DNA of 64,000 bases from Lama guanicoe (taxonomy: Eukaryota): assembly GCA_013239625.1 (NCBI GenBank), contig MU054187.1:17600711-17664710 (forward strand), read 5' to 3'. The position numbers were made by a program, and so were the translations under genes. Positions 1-13,243 of this stretch are shown piece by piece. The notes under the pieces are model-generated. The model saw only the letters and a program-made list of their open reading frames with translations, was not told the origin of the DNA and searched no databases. The first letter of the stretch is position 1, and each line of letters opens with the position of its first letter.

Positions 1-99
1 TTTTAATACTTGATGTCCTTAGGATTTAAATTTGTTGGTTGTTGTTTTCTCCTGCATATATCTGAAAATTTGTGGAGTTTTTTCGGCTGTATATTCATC

Positions 100-760
100 T
101 TTGATTAAATTTGGTCTATGGAAGAACATTAGGGACCTGATTTAAGGATGATTCCCTCCAGAGAGGATTTTTACAGACTTCTGCTGCAGCAAGGCATCTC
201 AACAAACTGGGACAACTGTAATTTAATTCCTCAGCTTCATCAGGGTTCCCTGACCAGTAGTATAGCAAGTAATATAAGGTAGAACTCTAAACCAGTGTGA
301 GGCAAGCCTAAAACACACATCCTAAAGAGCCACTTTATCCACCTGTCTGTGGCTGTGGGCAGAAGAGACAGACTTTCATGTCCATTTTCATTTCTGGTCA
401 ATAGCTTTTTTCATCCTGCCCTTTGACTGAGGGTATATCCCCTTAGAGGAACAATTTTTATGAAAATTCTTCTCTGACTTCCTCCAGCTCCATACGCCCA
501 AACTTAACATCCTCATCCCAATTTAGCTGTTCCCTAAAATTCTAGGTTGCTCTATCATCATGTTCTCCCTCCCTGTGCCCCAAGAAATGCCCAGATTCCC
601 TATTGGCTTGCAGTTTTGATTTCAGCTTTTAAATCTTTCTGTGTTATTAGGGAAAGAGGAGGTACTTAAAGATTTCTTTACCTACATGAGGACTCAGCTA
701 TGAATATAAAAATATATTTATTTTAGTTTATTTCATGTCTGTGTTTTTCAGAGGAAGAGC
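100..760 (-). mobile_element. Old LINE-1 (L1ME/HAL1-like) 5' region remnant
   Basis: Motifs 'ttccctccagagaggattt' and 'aaaatatatttattttagtttatttcatgtctgtgtttttcagaggaagag' resemble the antisense 5' end of ancient L1; very diverged. Confidence 0.4.
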
Positions 761-3700
761 TTGAAAGAAACAAAACTACGTGTGTTTTTACATACAGCTA
801 TATTCCTGCCACTTCATATAGTATGAACACAAAATTTTTTCTTAATAAATGTTATAGAATTGCTCAGATTGAAGAAAAATACAAAAATAAGACATATTAA
901 ATATTTTTTAATTTCTGAATGCTTTAAACATATAGAAAAATAAAGAGAATAATATAAAACAAACAGCCAGGTTATGACAACCCAGATATTATAATGTTGA
1001 TATTCTTCTGTATATGCTTCAATCTTCTTTTAGAGTAATACAATGTTGCCAAGACAAATAGCCTCCAATTAGAGCTAATTGAAGAGCAGAGGATTCTTTT
1101 AATTAACATACATTGACTCAAAATTAAATATTTTATACAATGCTTAGCACTGTAGATTTAAATCACTTATGTAGGTCAATAATGGAGCTATGGCTTTCAG
1201 AGTAAAATTTTACTATGACTGTGTTATAGATGATTCATTCTTGTTCCATAAACATTTATCAAACACCTAAGCAAAAAATCTAGCAGTGAAAATAAAGAAG
1301 GGGAAGAAAATGCTCTAATCATGAGAAACCTTCTTTATTCCTTACTGACAATGTATATCTAAAAAAAAAATGGACACATCTGTGTATGTTATCCCCTGCC
1401 TTTCAACTCTGTTTGGACTATTTATTAATTCTTGACAAAAAATCAATATATTGTGAATTCATTTATATATACTCAATATTAGAGAGATAAAATACAATAA
1501 TGAAAGTACTATTACATAAAGGAGTACCCGATAGGACTATTACAGATACTTAGAGATGAGCTATGCCTCTCTCATTTCCTCTACTTTACTGTATAAGCAG
1601 ATATAATACTATTTCTTCCATTATGAGTTGAAATATTCTTAAATTTGTTGAAGAATTTCAATAAAGCCAATGAAAGGAATTATTAATCCCTTGGATAGTA
1701 GTGGGAAATGCACTGTAATTGGTAGGCTTCGTATCAGACTTCTTGGAATTTCTCCAACTGCATTAGCAATTGGTCATCTTAATTACATGGTCCATTAGCT
1801 GAAATCTGCATCACAAAACTCCCATGCACAGTTCTTGCCAGCTCTGATCCATTCATTGTGAGGTCAAAGTTTCCTTGCTCATTGCAAAATGAAACTAGAT
1901 ATATTAAGTTAAAGTATTTCGAGCTCATTAAATATACAACCTCAAGTTAGTCACCATTTCACATACAGAAAATAACTGCAGTTCTGGAGACAAGGCCTCC
2001 AATACTTCGAGCTTTTTATAATGTAAGGTAGTTCTGCAAAAGATCTACGTACATCTAAAAAAATTAAAAGAGCATATCAATCATCGAGCTTCTACTTTCT
2101 GTGTCTTATAGCTATAACTGCCTACAATGTGACACAAATGTCTCGTCTAACTGATAATAATCATTAGTATATTTGTAAATAAAAAGCAGATTCAGAGTTG
2201 ACATTATCACTGTCAGCAAGTATTAAGTCCAGAAGTATCCATGAAACCTTAACCAAAAGCCACCAGGCAGAGTTTCTTTAAGCACAGACTCAAAAGTGCT
2301 TACACAACCAACTACTATGGAATGGATCTCTTCAATATTCATTCCTTCATTTAGTAAGATATTAACTTTTTAAAAATTATCTACAATGTGCTCCATGCTG
2401 GTGTCTCAGGATAAATAAAGATACTCATTTCCTTTAAGACACTTCTGACCTAGCCCATTCTACGTAAATTTTTCAAGAAGAGTACAAATTTACAAAAAAT
2501 ATATTGTTTTCTATCACAGAGACCTAATTTCTCCATTTTCTTCCAAATCATGTAGTGGAAAACTTATTCAGATTCCTCACTAAGATCTAAGAACTATGTC
2601 TACACACTTCTTGAATCTCATCTAATTTATAAAAATAATGAAGCTAACCTAGAACATAACATATGCTGAATTCAGGCTAGCATTGTTCTAAATCTTAAAT
2701 ATTCTTTCAAATCACCTATATGATAAGCCATTCTAGAATTTTGTCCAGTACTGAAGCCATACATACTGATTTTACATCGCAGTCTCTAGCTTTGCCTCAA
2801 TGAAAATGGGGACAGTAGGTGTCTGTCTCCTGTCTTCCTGTATTTTTTTTAGTTCCACTGAATCTTTAGAGATCACAGAAAATTTCAAGTGCACATGCAA
2901 CTTCCTATAGTAGCTAAGCTCCAATTGTTCTGAGTGGGAAGAGGTGCTAAATTGTCTTTTACAGTCTTTTCACTCAGCCATGATGTACATCAATGCTTAT
3001 CCTAAACTTCTTCATCTAAAACCTATTCTCTTCAGCATGAAAATAAAATGAAGGTGCTTAAGCATGTTTACTTTTCTCAACTCTTTACATTACACTTGTG
3101 GATTTACTGTATAATCCTCATGCCTTTAATAAAGCAGCAGAAACAAAAAAAACCTTTCTATTGTCCATACATTTTTCTCATTGTAGATTTCAGCATTCCT
3201 GATGCATCTTGTATCGTTCGGTGTCACTCTAATATACATCCTTAGCTAAATATCATCTAGTACATCTCTTCTGCCAATTTTTTTTAAATCATGTTTTACT
3301 AAATTGCTATCTATACAGCCATATCTATCTTTATATATTATCTTCTTCATTTTCTTTTTCATTTGGATCAGTTACCATTATGGAGTCTGATATTCATTTT
3401 TGGAGGCTCCCAGCCTTTTAAACTTATCTGCCCTTTTAAAAGGTCAGGCAGTAGGATCAAATCTCTTACAGTGGAAGCTTAGAGATGCTATGACTTAAGT
3501 CAAATCATCTTATACAATCCTGGCTGTCTGGAAATGGAAATAAAACAGTTTCCTGGAAGGAACTGTGTAGATAGGACAAGCTCTATGGAGTTCAATCTAG
3601 TTTATAATCCTATTAGTCCCAAGGGAGACAGATAAAAGGACCATTAAAGCAGTGGAGATGTGTTCTGTAATTGTGATTGCACCCAGTCTCTGACAATGGC

Positions 3701-6105
3701 TACCTCCTTGTGGTCAGTGAAGAAGCTGCTATTGCCAAGAAGTTTCAGCAAAGGTGAGCTTTGGTAGTAGCAAAGATGAAGAGAACAAAACCGCATTTTG
3801 TATATTTCTTAAATTGTAGCTGAGTGTTACACAGTGTTATTGAAACAGGTTAGAAGTAACTGTAACAACCTTTTTCTACCCTGGAAGTTAGATAAGTCAG
3901 AAGTGGCAGAGGTAGTAATTTTAAAGACAATGCCAAAGAGCAGTGGGATGATGATGATAATGATGATGATTATCTAGTACCAGGACCATATCCCTAGGCT
4001 TATGTTGTCTGGGAACTACTTCCCATTGAAGAATTTTAACTTGCCTTTTATAGTATTTTGAGCACATGTCCGATTATGATCAGCATTTCCATTCACTAAC
4101 AACTGAAAATTGGAAACTATAAAGAAACACAGCCCTTTCAAAAGGTCCCCATTATTCTCATATTAAAAAACATTTTCCCTTGTTTTACAAGTTAGGTTGA
4201 CAGTAGGTCTCATCATTCTACCTTCTCACTGATTAAACACAAATAGAAATTTTAGCAACTGTATTATGAAAAGTTGAAGTTTCAGGAAAAGAAATAAACA
4301 TTATTTGAGCATTGGCTATGTTCTACGTACCTTTGTTTGTATTTTCACGTGTTAACGTTATTTAATCTTTCGGTATCTCAGATTTTACGTTTTGAATGCA
4401 CTGGTTCCCGCAGAGTATAAAACGCAGGACCAGAGCTACGTGGCTGTCTCCACTGACAGTAACTAAGTCTTATCCTTGTTCTCGCCTGCTAAGTGATGGT
4501 TTGAGATTGACATCTTTCATTACTCCTACTTCCCCTTGTCTGGCTACCATGGTGGCAAAACACCTATTTACTTCCCTTTTATTTTCATCCACTGAGGACT
4601 CTTTGTTTAAAGACAGAGAGGGACGATACAGGGTTACTTGGCTTTTCTCCCTGCAGATCTGGTTCCATCTCTATATCTCCCTCCCTCCCTACTTTTCTAA
4701 CTAATACAGCTGCACCACAGAGGAAATTTCTGGTCTGGCTTCTAGGATCAGGACTCAGTTCTTCTCATTCACCACCATTCCAACACATCTCTGCTATATT
4801 CTTCTCAGGATTAGAAATTTGATTAAATATTATTAAAGAAATTAGCAGAAGAGATTTCCGTAACTCAGGGCATGGACCTTTACTTCCAAAGTGCCTGTTT
4901 CCCTTTTGAGTTAGGTCCATAGCATCTAGCTCCCCTCATTTTAAAGTCTCTCCCTGCAACTTCTCTTACCCCCTCTCCCAATATGCTCCACTTCTACCAT
5001 GGTCTTTTATGTCTTTATTTTTTTCAAATGTGGATTAATTTTTCTCTTCCTATATATTGCATTCCACAGTCATTATTTATACTGTCTTCAAGTTGACAAA
5101 AGGGCAGCAAATAAGAGATCCTCCTATTTGTTACCTGGATCTATCCTCCTTACAAAATGACTATAAAGTGATTACATCACATTTTTTCTATTACATATTT
5201 AACACTTTTCAAATGCCTTTTATGCACAAGATTACATGTGATGTGTGAGAGAGATAGAAAGAAGTAATATGCAATCTCGGAAAAATTGCTCTCCATCTAT
5301 GAAGGCACTTACAGATAAACATATAATCAGGTGAATAAGACTTAGAAGGACATGTAGTCAGGTGCTACAAAGGGGTAATTAGGATTTAAAAGATGGGAGA
5401 TGAGAGTTCAAATAAGACATCAGTCAACTACAGAGCCCCAAACTGAAAGTTTGACCAACAAAGTTACCCAGTTCTGGATAGGAAAAATTCTTGAGGACTT
5501 ACACTCAGAGAGCATGCCTAATGGAAGGAGACAATGCTGAGTCTTGCGCCATCAAGCTCACCTATAAGATGCTCCTTGTGCTCCACCCTAGTGCTCAGCA
5601 CAATCTCGCCTGGTTTCATATCCATGCTTTGCATTCCCATGCTGTATCCAGTCTTATTCCAGGCCCCATTTGTAATGATCTCATCCTCACTACCTTGTCC
5701 ATTTTTATCCTCTTATCAGGTCATTCCCAACGTTTTCCATAACAATACTTTTTTTACAGATTTCCCCCGTCTGGACACTGAATTTTCATTTTGAAGAGAT
5801 CTTGCAAGATGCAGTTCATCCTCAGGGAAAAGTATCTCATCCTGCAATATTTTAAGCCACAATCCAAAGAGGCAAATTTTATGTCTCAATAAACTATACA
5901 TGGCCAATCATCTTTCCCCATATTCTTCCTTCTCTTCCTAAACCCCAAGCTTTATGAGAAAAATGTCTCCTCTATTTCCAATACCTTCACTTTATTTCCT
6001 AAGGTAGCAGATATGTCTAGTGTCTCCTGAGCCCCTATTTTCCCCCTATCACTTTTGTGTGTCATTGTACTCATTCAGCAAGTATTCAAGTAAGTCTCTG
6101 ATAGC

Positions 6106-7013
6106 AGTCCACAAATGATAAGTGCTGGAGATGGTGTGGAGAAAAGGCAACCCTCCTACACTGTTGGTGGGAATGCAGCTTGATGCAGCCATTATGGGAA
6201 ACAGCACAGAGATTCCTCAAAAGACTAAAAACAGACTTACCATATATCCAGCAATCCCACCCCTCGGCATATATCCAGACGGAACTTTAATTCAAAAAGA
6301 CACCTGCACCCCGATGTTCATAGCAGCACTGTTTACAATAGCCAAGGGGAGGGTATAGTTCAAGAGGCAGAGCACATGCTTAGCATGCATGAGGCCCTGG
6401 GTTCAATCCCCAGTACCTCTTCTAAAAATAAATAAATAAATAAACCCAATTACCTCCCCCCAACAACTACAAGAGCCAAGACATGGAAATAACCTAAATG
6501 TCCATCAACAGATGACTGAATAAAGAAGTTGTGGTATATTTATACAATGGAATACTACTCAGCCATAAAAAAGAGTAAAATGCCATTTGCAGCAACATGG
6601 ATAGATCTGGAGATTGTCATTCTAAGTGAAATAAGCCAGAAAGAGAAAGAAAAATACCATATGATATCACTTATATGTGAAATCTTAAAAAAAAAAGACA
6701 AATGAACTTACTTACAAAACAGAAACAGACTCTGAGACATAGAGAACAAACTTGTGGTTACAGGGGTGGGGCGTGAAGAGGGTGGGAGGGGATAAATTAG
6801 GAGTTAGAGATTTGCAGATACTAACTAATATATGTAGAATAGATAAATAAAAAGTTCATGCTGTACAGTGCAGGGAACTATATTCAATATCTTGTAATAA
6901 CTTAATGTGAAAAAGAATATGAAAATGAATATATGTATGTTCATGTATGACTGAAGCATTGTGCTGTATGCCAGAAATTGACACTATATGGTAAATGGAC
7001 TATATTTCAATAA

Positions 7014-7014
<1 letters not shown>
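6106..7014 (+). mobile_element. 5'-truncated cetartiodactyl-type LINE-1 (ORF2 C-terminus + 3'UTR), interrupted by a SINE
   Basis: ORF 6122-6358 reads [11 protein letters not shown]...KDTCTPMFIAALFTIAK (L1 ORF2 C-terminus); continues 'tggtatatttatacaatggaatactactcagcc'; AATAAA at 7009-7014. Confidence 0.95.
6347..6467 (+). mobile_element. tRNA-derived SINE, camelid Vic-1-like
   Basis: gggagggtatagttcaag...gggttcaatccccagtacctc head with A/B-box-like motifs, (AAAT)n tail; 13-bp TSD tacaa[t/g]agccaag at 6334-6346 and 6468-6480. Confidence 0.9.
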
Positions 7015-7056
<42 letters not shown>

Positions 7057-7144
7057 TAGATGTGTGTGTGTCTGTGTCTGTGTGTATGTGTATATAGATG
7101 GATAGATAGATAGATAGATTGATAGATAGATAGATAGATAGATA
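7014..7144. repeat. Compound (GATA)n/(TG)n microsatellite at the L1 tail
   Basis: Read directly. Confidence 0.95.
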
Positions 7145-7459
7145 GTAGCTTCTGGAGATACTGTGTATAAAAGATAACGTCAATGAGTCTGAGTCAAGTG
7201 GGGAAGGCTATACACTATGATGCCCGGCAAAGATAACGGTGTACTCAGGATGCTATAAAAACCCAGAGAACAGGCATCTGCTGCTCAACTCTGTGGTGCA
7301 AGATATGTGTGGAGGAAGCAGACACAGAAAAGGCCGCCAAGGGCATATAAGACTTGTGCTATCACTATTGCAATCAGTAGTGCTATCACCTTTCAAAAGG
7401 TTTAAACTGGAAGCCAATAACGCCAACTTATTCCCCATCAAGTTCTGTGGATGCTGCCT

Positions 7460-8330
7460 CTTACCTCCTTAATATCACTTAAAAATTTCCAATTTTCACC
7501 GTCCCTCTGCCGGTATCTTAGTTACACTCCAGGCTTTCTCTGGAATCTTAAAATAGCCTCCTAGATAGTCCTCCTGATTGCAGAATCATCCCCTCCAATC
7601 TTGTACTCACTCTTTATTATTTGTTTTACTTTGATAAAATTCAAGACCTAAAACTCGTCAAAGGTTGCCAAATGCTCTGTAGATAAAGTAGAAACCCCTC
7701 AACATGTCTCAGCTTGTTCCTTTGAAGTCACACAGTGCAGTGGTTAAGAACATGGAGCCTAGAACCTCAGTCTGAACTCTGTCATCTAACAGCTGGGGGT
7801 CTTGGGCAAGTACCTACTTTCTCTAAGCCTCCAAATTCTCATTTTTTTAATGGGAATATCTCTTCCTATGATTATGGTGAAGACCAAATAAGATACATCC
7901 TCTAATGTTCTTAGAATACTATCTGGCACACAGTAATAGAATAAAATATTAGCTGTGATTATTCTCTCTCTCATTTCATCTTCCCTATTTCCTTTTCTAT
8001 GCTTGTATATGACAAATCTCCTTGCTGTTCCTCTAAGTCACCATATTTTCCCATCTTTGTATCTTCCACATGCTCCTTTCTCTACCCTGATCTCCTTTCC
8101 CTGCCTTCCCCAAACTGCCTAATGTCAACTCATCTTTCAGGTCTATTATGGATGTCATTTTCTGTCTCCAAAATTCCCCAGTGGTGAGGGAGGTGTTTTT
8201 CCTATTGCTTCCCACCACTCCCTCGTACGCGTTATCCTAGTACTAATCACTCTGTTCTCCTTCATTGTATTCTAAATTCCTTAAGGGCTTACACCCAACA
8301 CCTAACACTTCCACTAGCTTGTATAGTATA
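7460..8330 (+). mobile_element. LINE-2 fragments split by a MIR
   Basis: L2-like text 'aatagcctcctagatagtcctcctg', 'tgctctgtagataaagtagaaacccctcaacatg'. Confidence 0.55.
7731..7962 (+). mobile_element. MIR SINE
   Basis: 'gtggttaagaacatggagc...cttgggcaagtacctactttctctaagcctc...tctggcacacagtaa...aaatattagct'. Confidence 0.85.
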
Positions 8331-11300
8331 GCAGTTTTCGGCAGCAATCAATCTAATTTTCAATTGCATGTACAATTTGATTGGATCTGACCAGGAACTA
8401 TATCATTATCACAATTTCGAGAATAGCCAAGCTTTATAAATTGTGCTTTTTAAAATATGTATTTCATTATGCAAACTCTGGGTCGCGTTCACTTTAACCT
8501 CCACTCCTCATTGCTAGCAGCTAGAGGAATAACTTCTATAAAATAAATATTCAATATGTGTTAAGCATAAAGGAAACAAAACGTCTTTCAATTCTGCAAC
8601 TCTAAGAGTCTTTCTGTGTAAATGAAGCATGGGAAAAAGAGTTTGGGACCCAATTTACTTTTCTACAAATGAATGTCACTGGATCTTATGCCTTTAATCT
8701 TGATGGTTCGTATTATTTTAAAGTGAACGTTAGAACAACAGCAACAGCAAAAAGCCCTAATGGACACAGCATTATTCAAAGAGAAATTCTGAAAGGAATA
8801 AAATCTGAGGATTAATGTCCTCAATATTCATTTCTGACAGCCTATGTTCAAGTGTAGGTTGTCTGGTCAACATTTGGGTCTGACTCGTAGTTTCCAAATC
8901 ACAGTGTGTCGTGTTCTAAGTCAATTCCCTAGAAGAGATTTAGGGATAGCTTTACCACAGGTTTTCTCAATTAAAGATGCATCTAGCTCTTTGCCCACAT
9001 CACCCACATCTGCTCATAAAAAATGGATAATGGAACACACATGTGCTGACTTGCGATTCATTTCAGCCTTTTGCAGGTGCAAATGCAAGTTTTAAGGTGC
9101 AAAGTGGAGCCACAAATGTCGTGGGCTTGTCCAGCTGAAATTCTAGGCTTTAATCACGTCTAAATAACTCCTCAGGTGATGCAATCATGAGATTTTGTTC
9201 ACAAAAAGGGTGTAATAAATATTGTAGATTGAACTGGTGTATATTAACAGATGAAGCTACATTATTTAGAGAAAATGAAATCCAGCTAATTTTCACCAAT
9301 CTGGCATTTGCTAAAGCAATCTTTTCATATACTAACCTAAAATTCACCTTGAGTATGTTTCAAAGCAACTTCGACCAAATAAAAATAGGAAATAAAATAC
9401 TTTTTATTTGTGTACATAACTGATTCAGGGATTTACATTGACAGATAACTCGAATCTACTGTAATTACTACATACCCTGCAGCTGGGGTAGCCTTCTAGC
9501 AGACAAACTAAGTCAACACTCTGTTACAAACAGTAATAGGGGGGCTCACTGGTGCAGATAATCCTAAACAGCAGAAAATCCCCAAATCACTTATTTTCAG
9601 CTTGGATATGCATTTAAGATTTTTTTTTTCAGCAGACATGCATTCTTAATTTCATTTTCCTTAGGTTAAGATTCTGTGAATTACACACTTTATTAATGAT
9701 TAAATTGTCACATACCTCTCATTAGTCAATATATACAATATATACAAGAGTGTGTCCCTTGCCAGGGAAGATGGTATAACAGAGCCGTTTGAAGTTGGAG
9801 AGTAGAGCTTTGTTCTCTGAGGAGAGAAATATTTCCATAGCCACCCCTTGTGGCCAGATTTCCATGAAGTTTGTTAAACAGAGTGTGCTCTGCATTTTCC
9901 AATGCCCAGCTGTACTTCAATTGTTATATCGCTTGAGTAAGAAGGATAACTTTCACCCTTCTCTGACAGAATAAAGGAGGACAGCTTCCTTGTTTCTTTA
10001 TGAACTAGAGAAACTCAGGTTATAAAGAAACCCACACACACTTGCTTTCATTTCAACACTGTAAATATAAAATTGTATCATAACAATGGTAATACGTTAT
10101 TTTTTAAAGCAACGGATATGAATATATAATTATCCAAGGGAGCATAATAGAAAGGAGAATTTTCCAGGGATCTCTGTTTTGAAAAATATAGTGACAGTGG
10201 GAGAGGGTTCAAAAGTCAGGGAAACAGAGAAAGGAGATTTCCCTCTTGGCTTTATGCTTAAATATATTTATCTCCTCTCACCAACCCTGAGGCAGAGAAA
10301 AATGAAAATTAAGCTCTGCCTTTACACTTTTCTTCTGTTACAACACATCTCAACCCAACCCTCCTTGCTCTGTTTATCCAAATCCTGCCTATTTTTCAAA
10401 GTGCAGCTCAAATCCTGCCTCTCTTGTAAAGCATTCCCTGACCACTTCATCTGGAAACAATCTTTCCTTCTTCTGAACTTCCGCAAGACTTATTTTCCAT
10501 ACCACTCATTTAGCACTTCTTATTTACTGACTGGTGGAGATGTAATGTTTTCAGAAATGTTGCAGCCATTTTATCCTTTCTCATAGAAAATGAATCTATA
10601 TTTTTAAAAGCAAAATAGGACTATGTGTCTTAATTGTTCTTCATAGATCTGAAATATAGTTTGTTAAATTGCAGACTACATCATCATAACTCACAGTATG
10701 CCAGCTATTGTTTTGAGAGCCTTAGAAATATTAAAAATTCTAACTAGCTTACAAATATTAGGTAGCTAATAATAGAGGTTTTATATGTATGTGTATGTAT
10801 TCTTGTGTGTATCCATGTATTACATATGTATGTTTATGAATATGTGTGTATGTATATATATAAAATCTTATTTTTATCATATGAATATCATATTGTAGAA
10901 TCAAAATAAAACAATATTTATTCATGAATTTGTTAAAATATATCAATAAATTGTTAATAATTATAAATTTATTACTGAACTTATGCTATTTTTCTCACGT
11001 CTATGATAGATGAAGAACAGGCTAATAAACATGTAGAAACACAGTATATTTTAGTATTTTCCATCTTTGATGAAAATTTTAGAAGGGAAAAGATCCATAT
11101 ATTTAGAGTAATACAAAATGAGATTTTGTTTCTGAAATGATCCTCTTCTTTTTATTCATCAGATAAAATATGTTTGCCTTATTTTTCTGAGGGAAAAATG
11201 TGGACAAAAACAGCAATTCCCTAACAGTCCTAGATTCCAGTCTAGCATCACCATCAACTAGCTGCCTGTATTAACTTTCCTGTTCTTTGGTTTCTTCACC

Positions 11301-11867
11301 TAAAGGTGAGAAGCACCTGTTTGATTAGTAGTATCATTTCCATTTCAAATCTTGAAATCCGTGTATGATTTTGTCCATATAAAAGAGATTCTATTCAAAT
11401 GAATTTTAAAAACCATGTCTATCATTAATTTCTACAATTATACAACTTATCCAGGCAAAAAAAATTCAATTTATAGAAGCTGATAAAGTGATTAAAATAA
11501 AATTACAGGAATCTTGTATCTATACCTACATTACCCTTTTATAGGTTTAAATATTTCCTAAATTAGCATCATATTAAAGGTGATGGAAATCATTTAAAGC
11601 AGATTAGCAGAAAAAAAGTCATTCAAAGTCCTTACCTCTGTGCTAGGTATATCCTTGAAAAATTCCACATTTATTCTGGACTAATGGATACTCTACCTTT
11701 TCTTAGGTGCCTTTGCAACATCCAACATGAATGTATTCCTTTCTATACAATTCAGTCAAATCCAATCACACTTATATCACTGTTATTTTATGGTCCTGGA
11801 TTGTGTATCTAGCATTTCTTAGGAAAGGGCTTTCAATTTGAAAGATATTTATTAAAAACATGTTATG

Positions 11868-12313
11868 TCCATCAACAGGTGACTAGATAAAGAAGATGTG
11901 GTATATTTATACAATGGAATACTACTCAGCCATAAAAACCGACAACATAATGCCATTTGCAGCAACATGGATGCTCCTAGAGAATGTCATTCTAAGTGAA
12001 GTAAGCCAGAAAGAGAAAAAAAAAATACCATATGAGATCGCTCATATGTGGAATCTAAAAAACAAAAACAAACAAACAAACAAAAACAAAGCATAAATAC
12101 AGGTCAGAAATAGACTCATGGACAGAGAATACAGAGAATACAGACTTGTGGTTACCGGGGTGGGGGGCGGGGTAGAGGGTGGGAAGGGATAGACTGGGGT
12201 TTCAAAATTGTAGAATAGATAAACAAGATTACACTGTATAGCACAGGGAAATATACACAAAATGTTATGATAAATCACAGAGAAAAAAAAAATAAAGGCA
12301 CACGCTACTCCAA
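11868..12313 (+). mobile_element. Young 5'-truncated LINE-1 3' end with perfect TSD
   Basis: ORF MWYIYTMEYYSAIK...MPFAATWM is the L1 ORF2 terminus; identical 15-bp flanks taaaaacatgttatg at 11853-11867 and 12314-12328; TT/AAAA target site. Confidence 0.95.
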
Positions 12314-12746
12314 TAAAAACATGTTATGAAACAAACAGATGGCAAGAACATATCTCCATGCCTATATCAAAAGTCAACCCACAACGAAGAGATCTTCAAA
12401 CTTTTTTTCTACACTTTTTGTTAAAATAAGTGACTTATGAAAAAGGAACTACTTTTTTTTTAATTAGTAATACTGCTCTGTGTTGTGTTACTTTACTAAT
12501 CACCTGAAACTATAGACTGTTTCAAAGAAACAGAAAACCTAGAATGAGGTCTAGATGAACACTCTAAGAATGTATAGATAGACATAGAGACAGAGATATA
12601 ATGCATAAATGCATACATATGTGCACATATATACCTCTATAATACATATATATTCTTAGAGCAATTTATATAATAGAATACACTACAGTATATATTCTTA
12701 GAATTTTGAGTATATATATATATACATATGTATATATATATATACA

Positions 12747-13243
12747 CAGACAGTCCCAGGGTTACAATGTTTTGACTTAACAATTTTTTGACTTGACTAT
12801 GGTATGAAAGCAATACACATTCACTAGAAACCATACTTCAAATTTTGAATTTTGATATTTTCTCAGTTGGTGACATGCCATATGATACTCTTCTGATGCC
12901 GGGCAGCCACAGCTCCCAGTCAGTCAGGATATCACAAGAATAAACAACCAACATACTTAAAACCATTCTGTAATCACACAACCATTCTGTTTTTCACTTT
13001 CAGTACACTATTCAATAAATTATGTAAGATATATGATATGTTATTACAAAATAGGCTTGTGTCAGATGACTTTGCCCAAATGTAGGCTCATGTAACTGTT
13101 CTGAGCACATTTAAGGTAAGCTAGGCTAAGCTATGATGTTCAGTAGGTTAGGTGTATCAAATGCATTTTCAACTTAAAATATTTTCAACTTACGATATTT
13201 TCAACTTAACAATGGGTTAAGTCCTAAGTCAAGGAAGATTTTG
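12747..13243 (-). mobile_element. TcMar-Tigger non-autonomous DNA transposon (Tigger5b/MER47-like)
   Basis: 'cagacagtccc' terminus; 'gttctgagcacatttaaggtaagctaggctaagctatgatgttcagtaggttaggtgt'; homologous to 55208-55659. Confidence 0.85.

Noticed and set aside
6347..6420. tRNA gene
   Set aside because: The tRNA-like head carries an A-rich tail and TSD and has a second copy at 36614-36720, so it is a SINE
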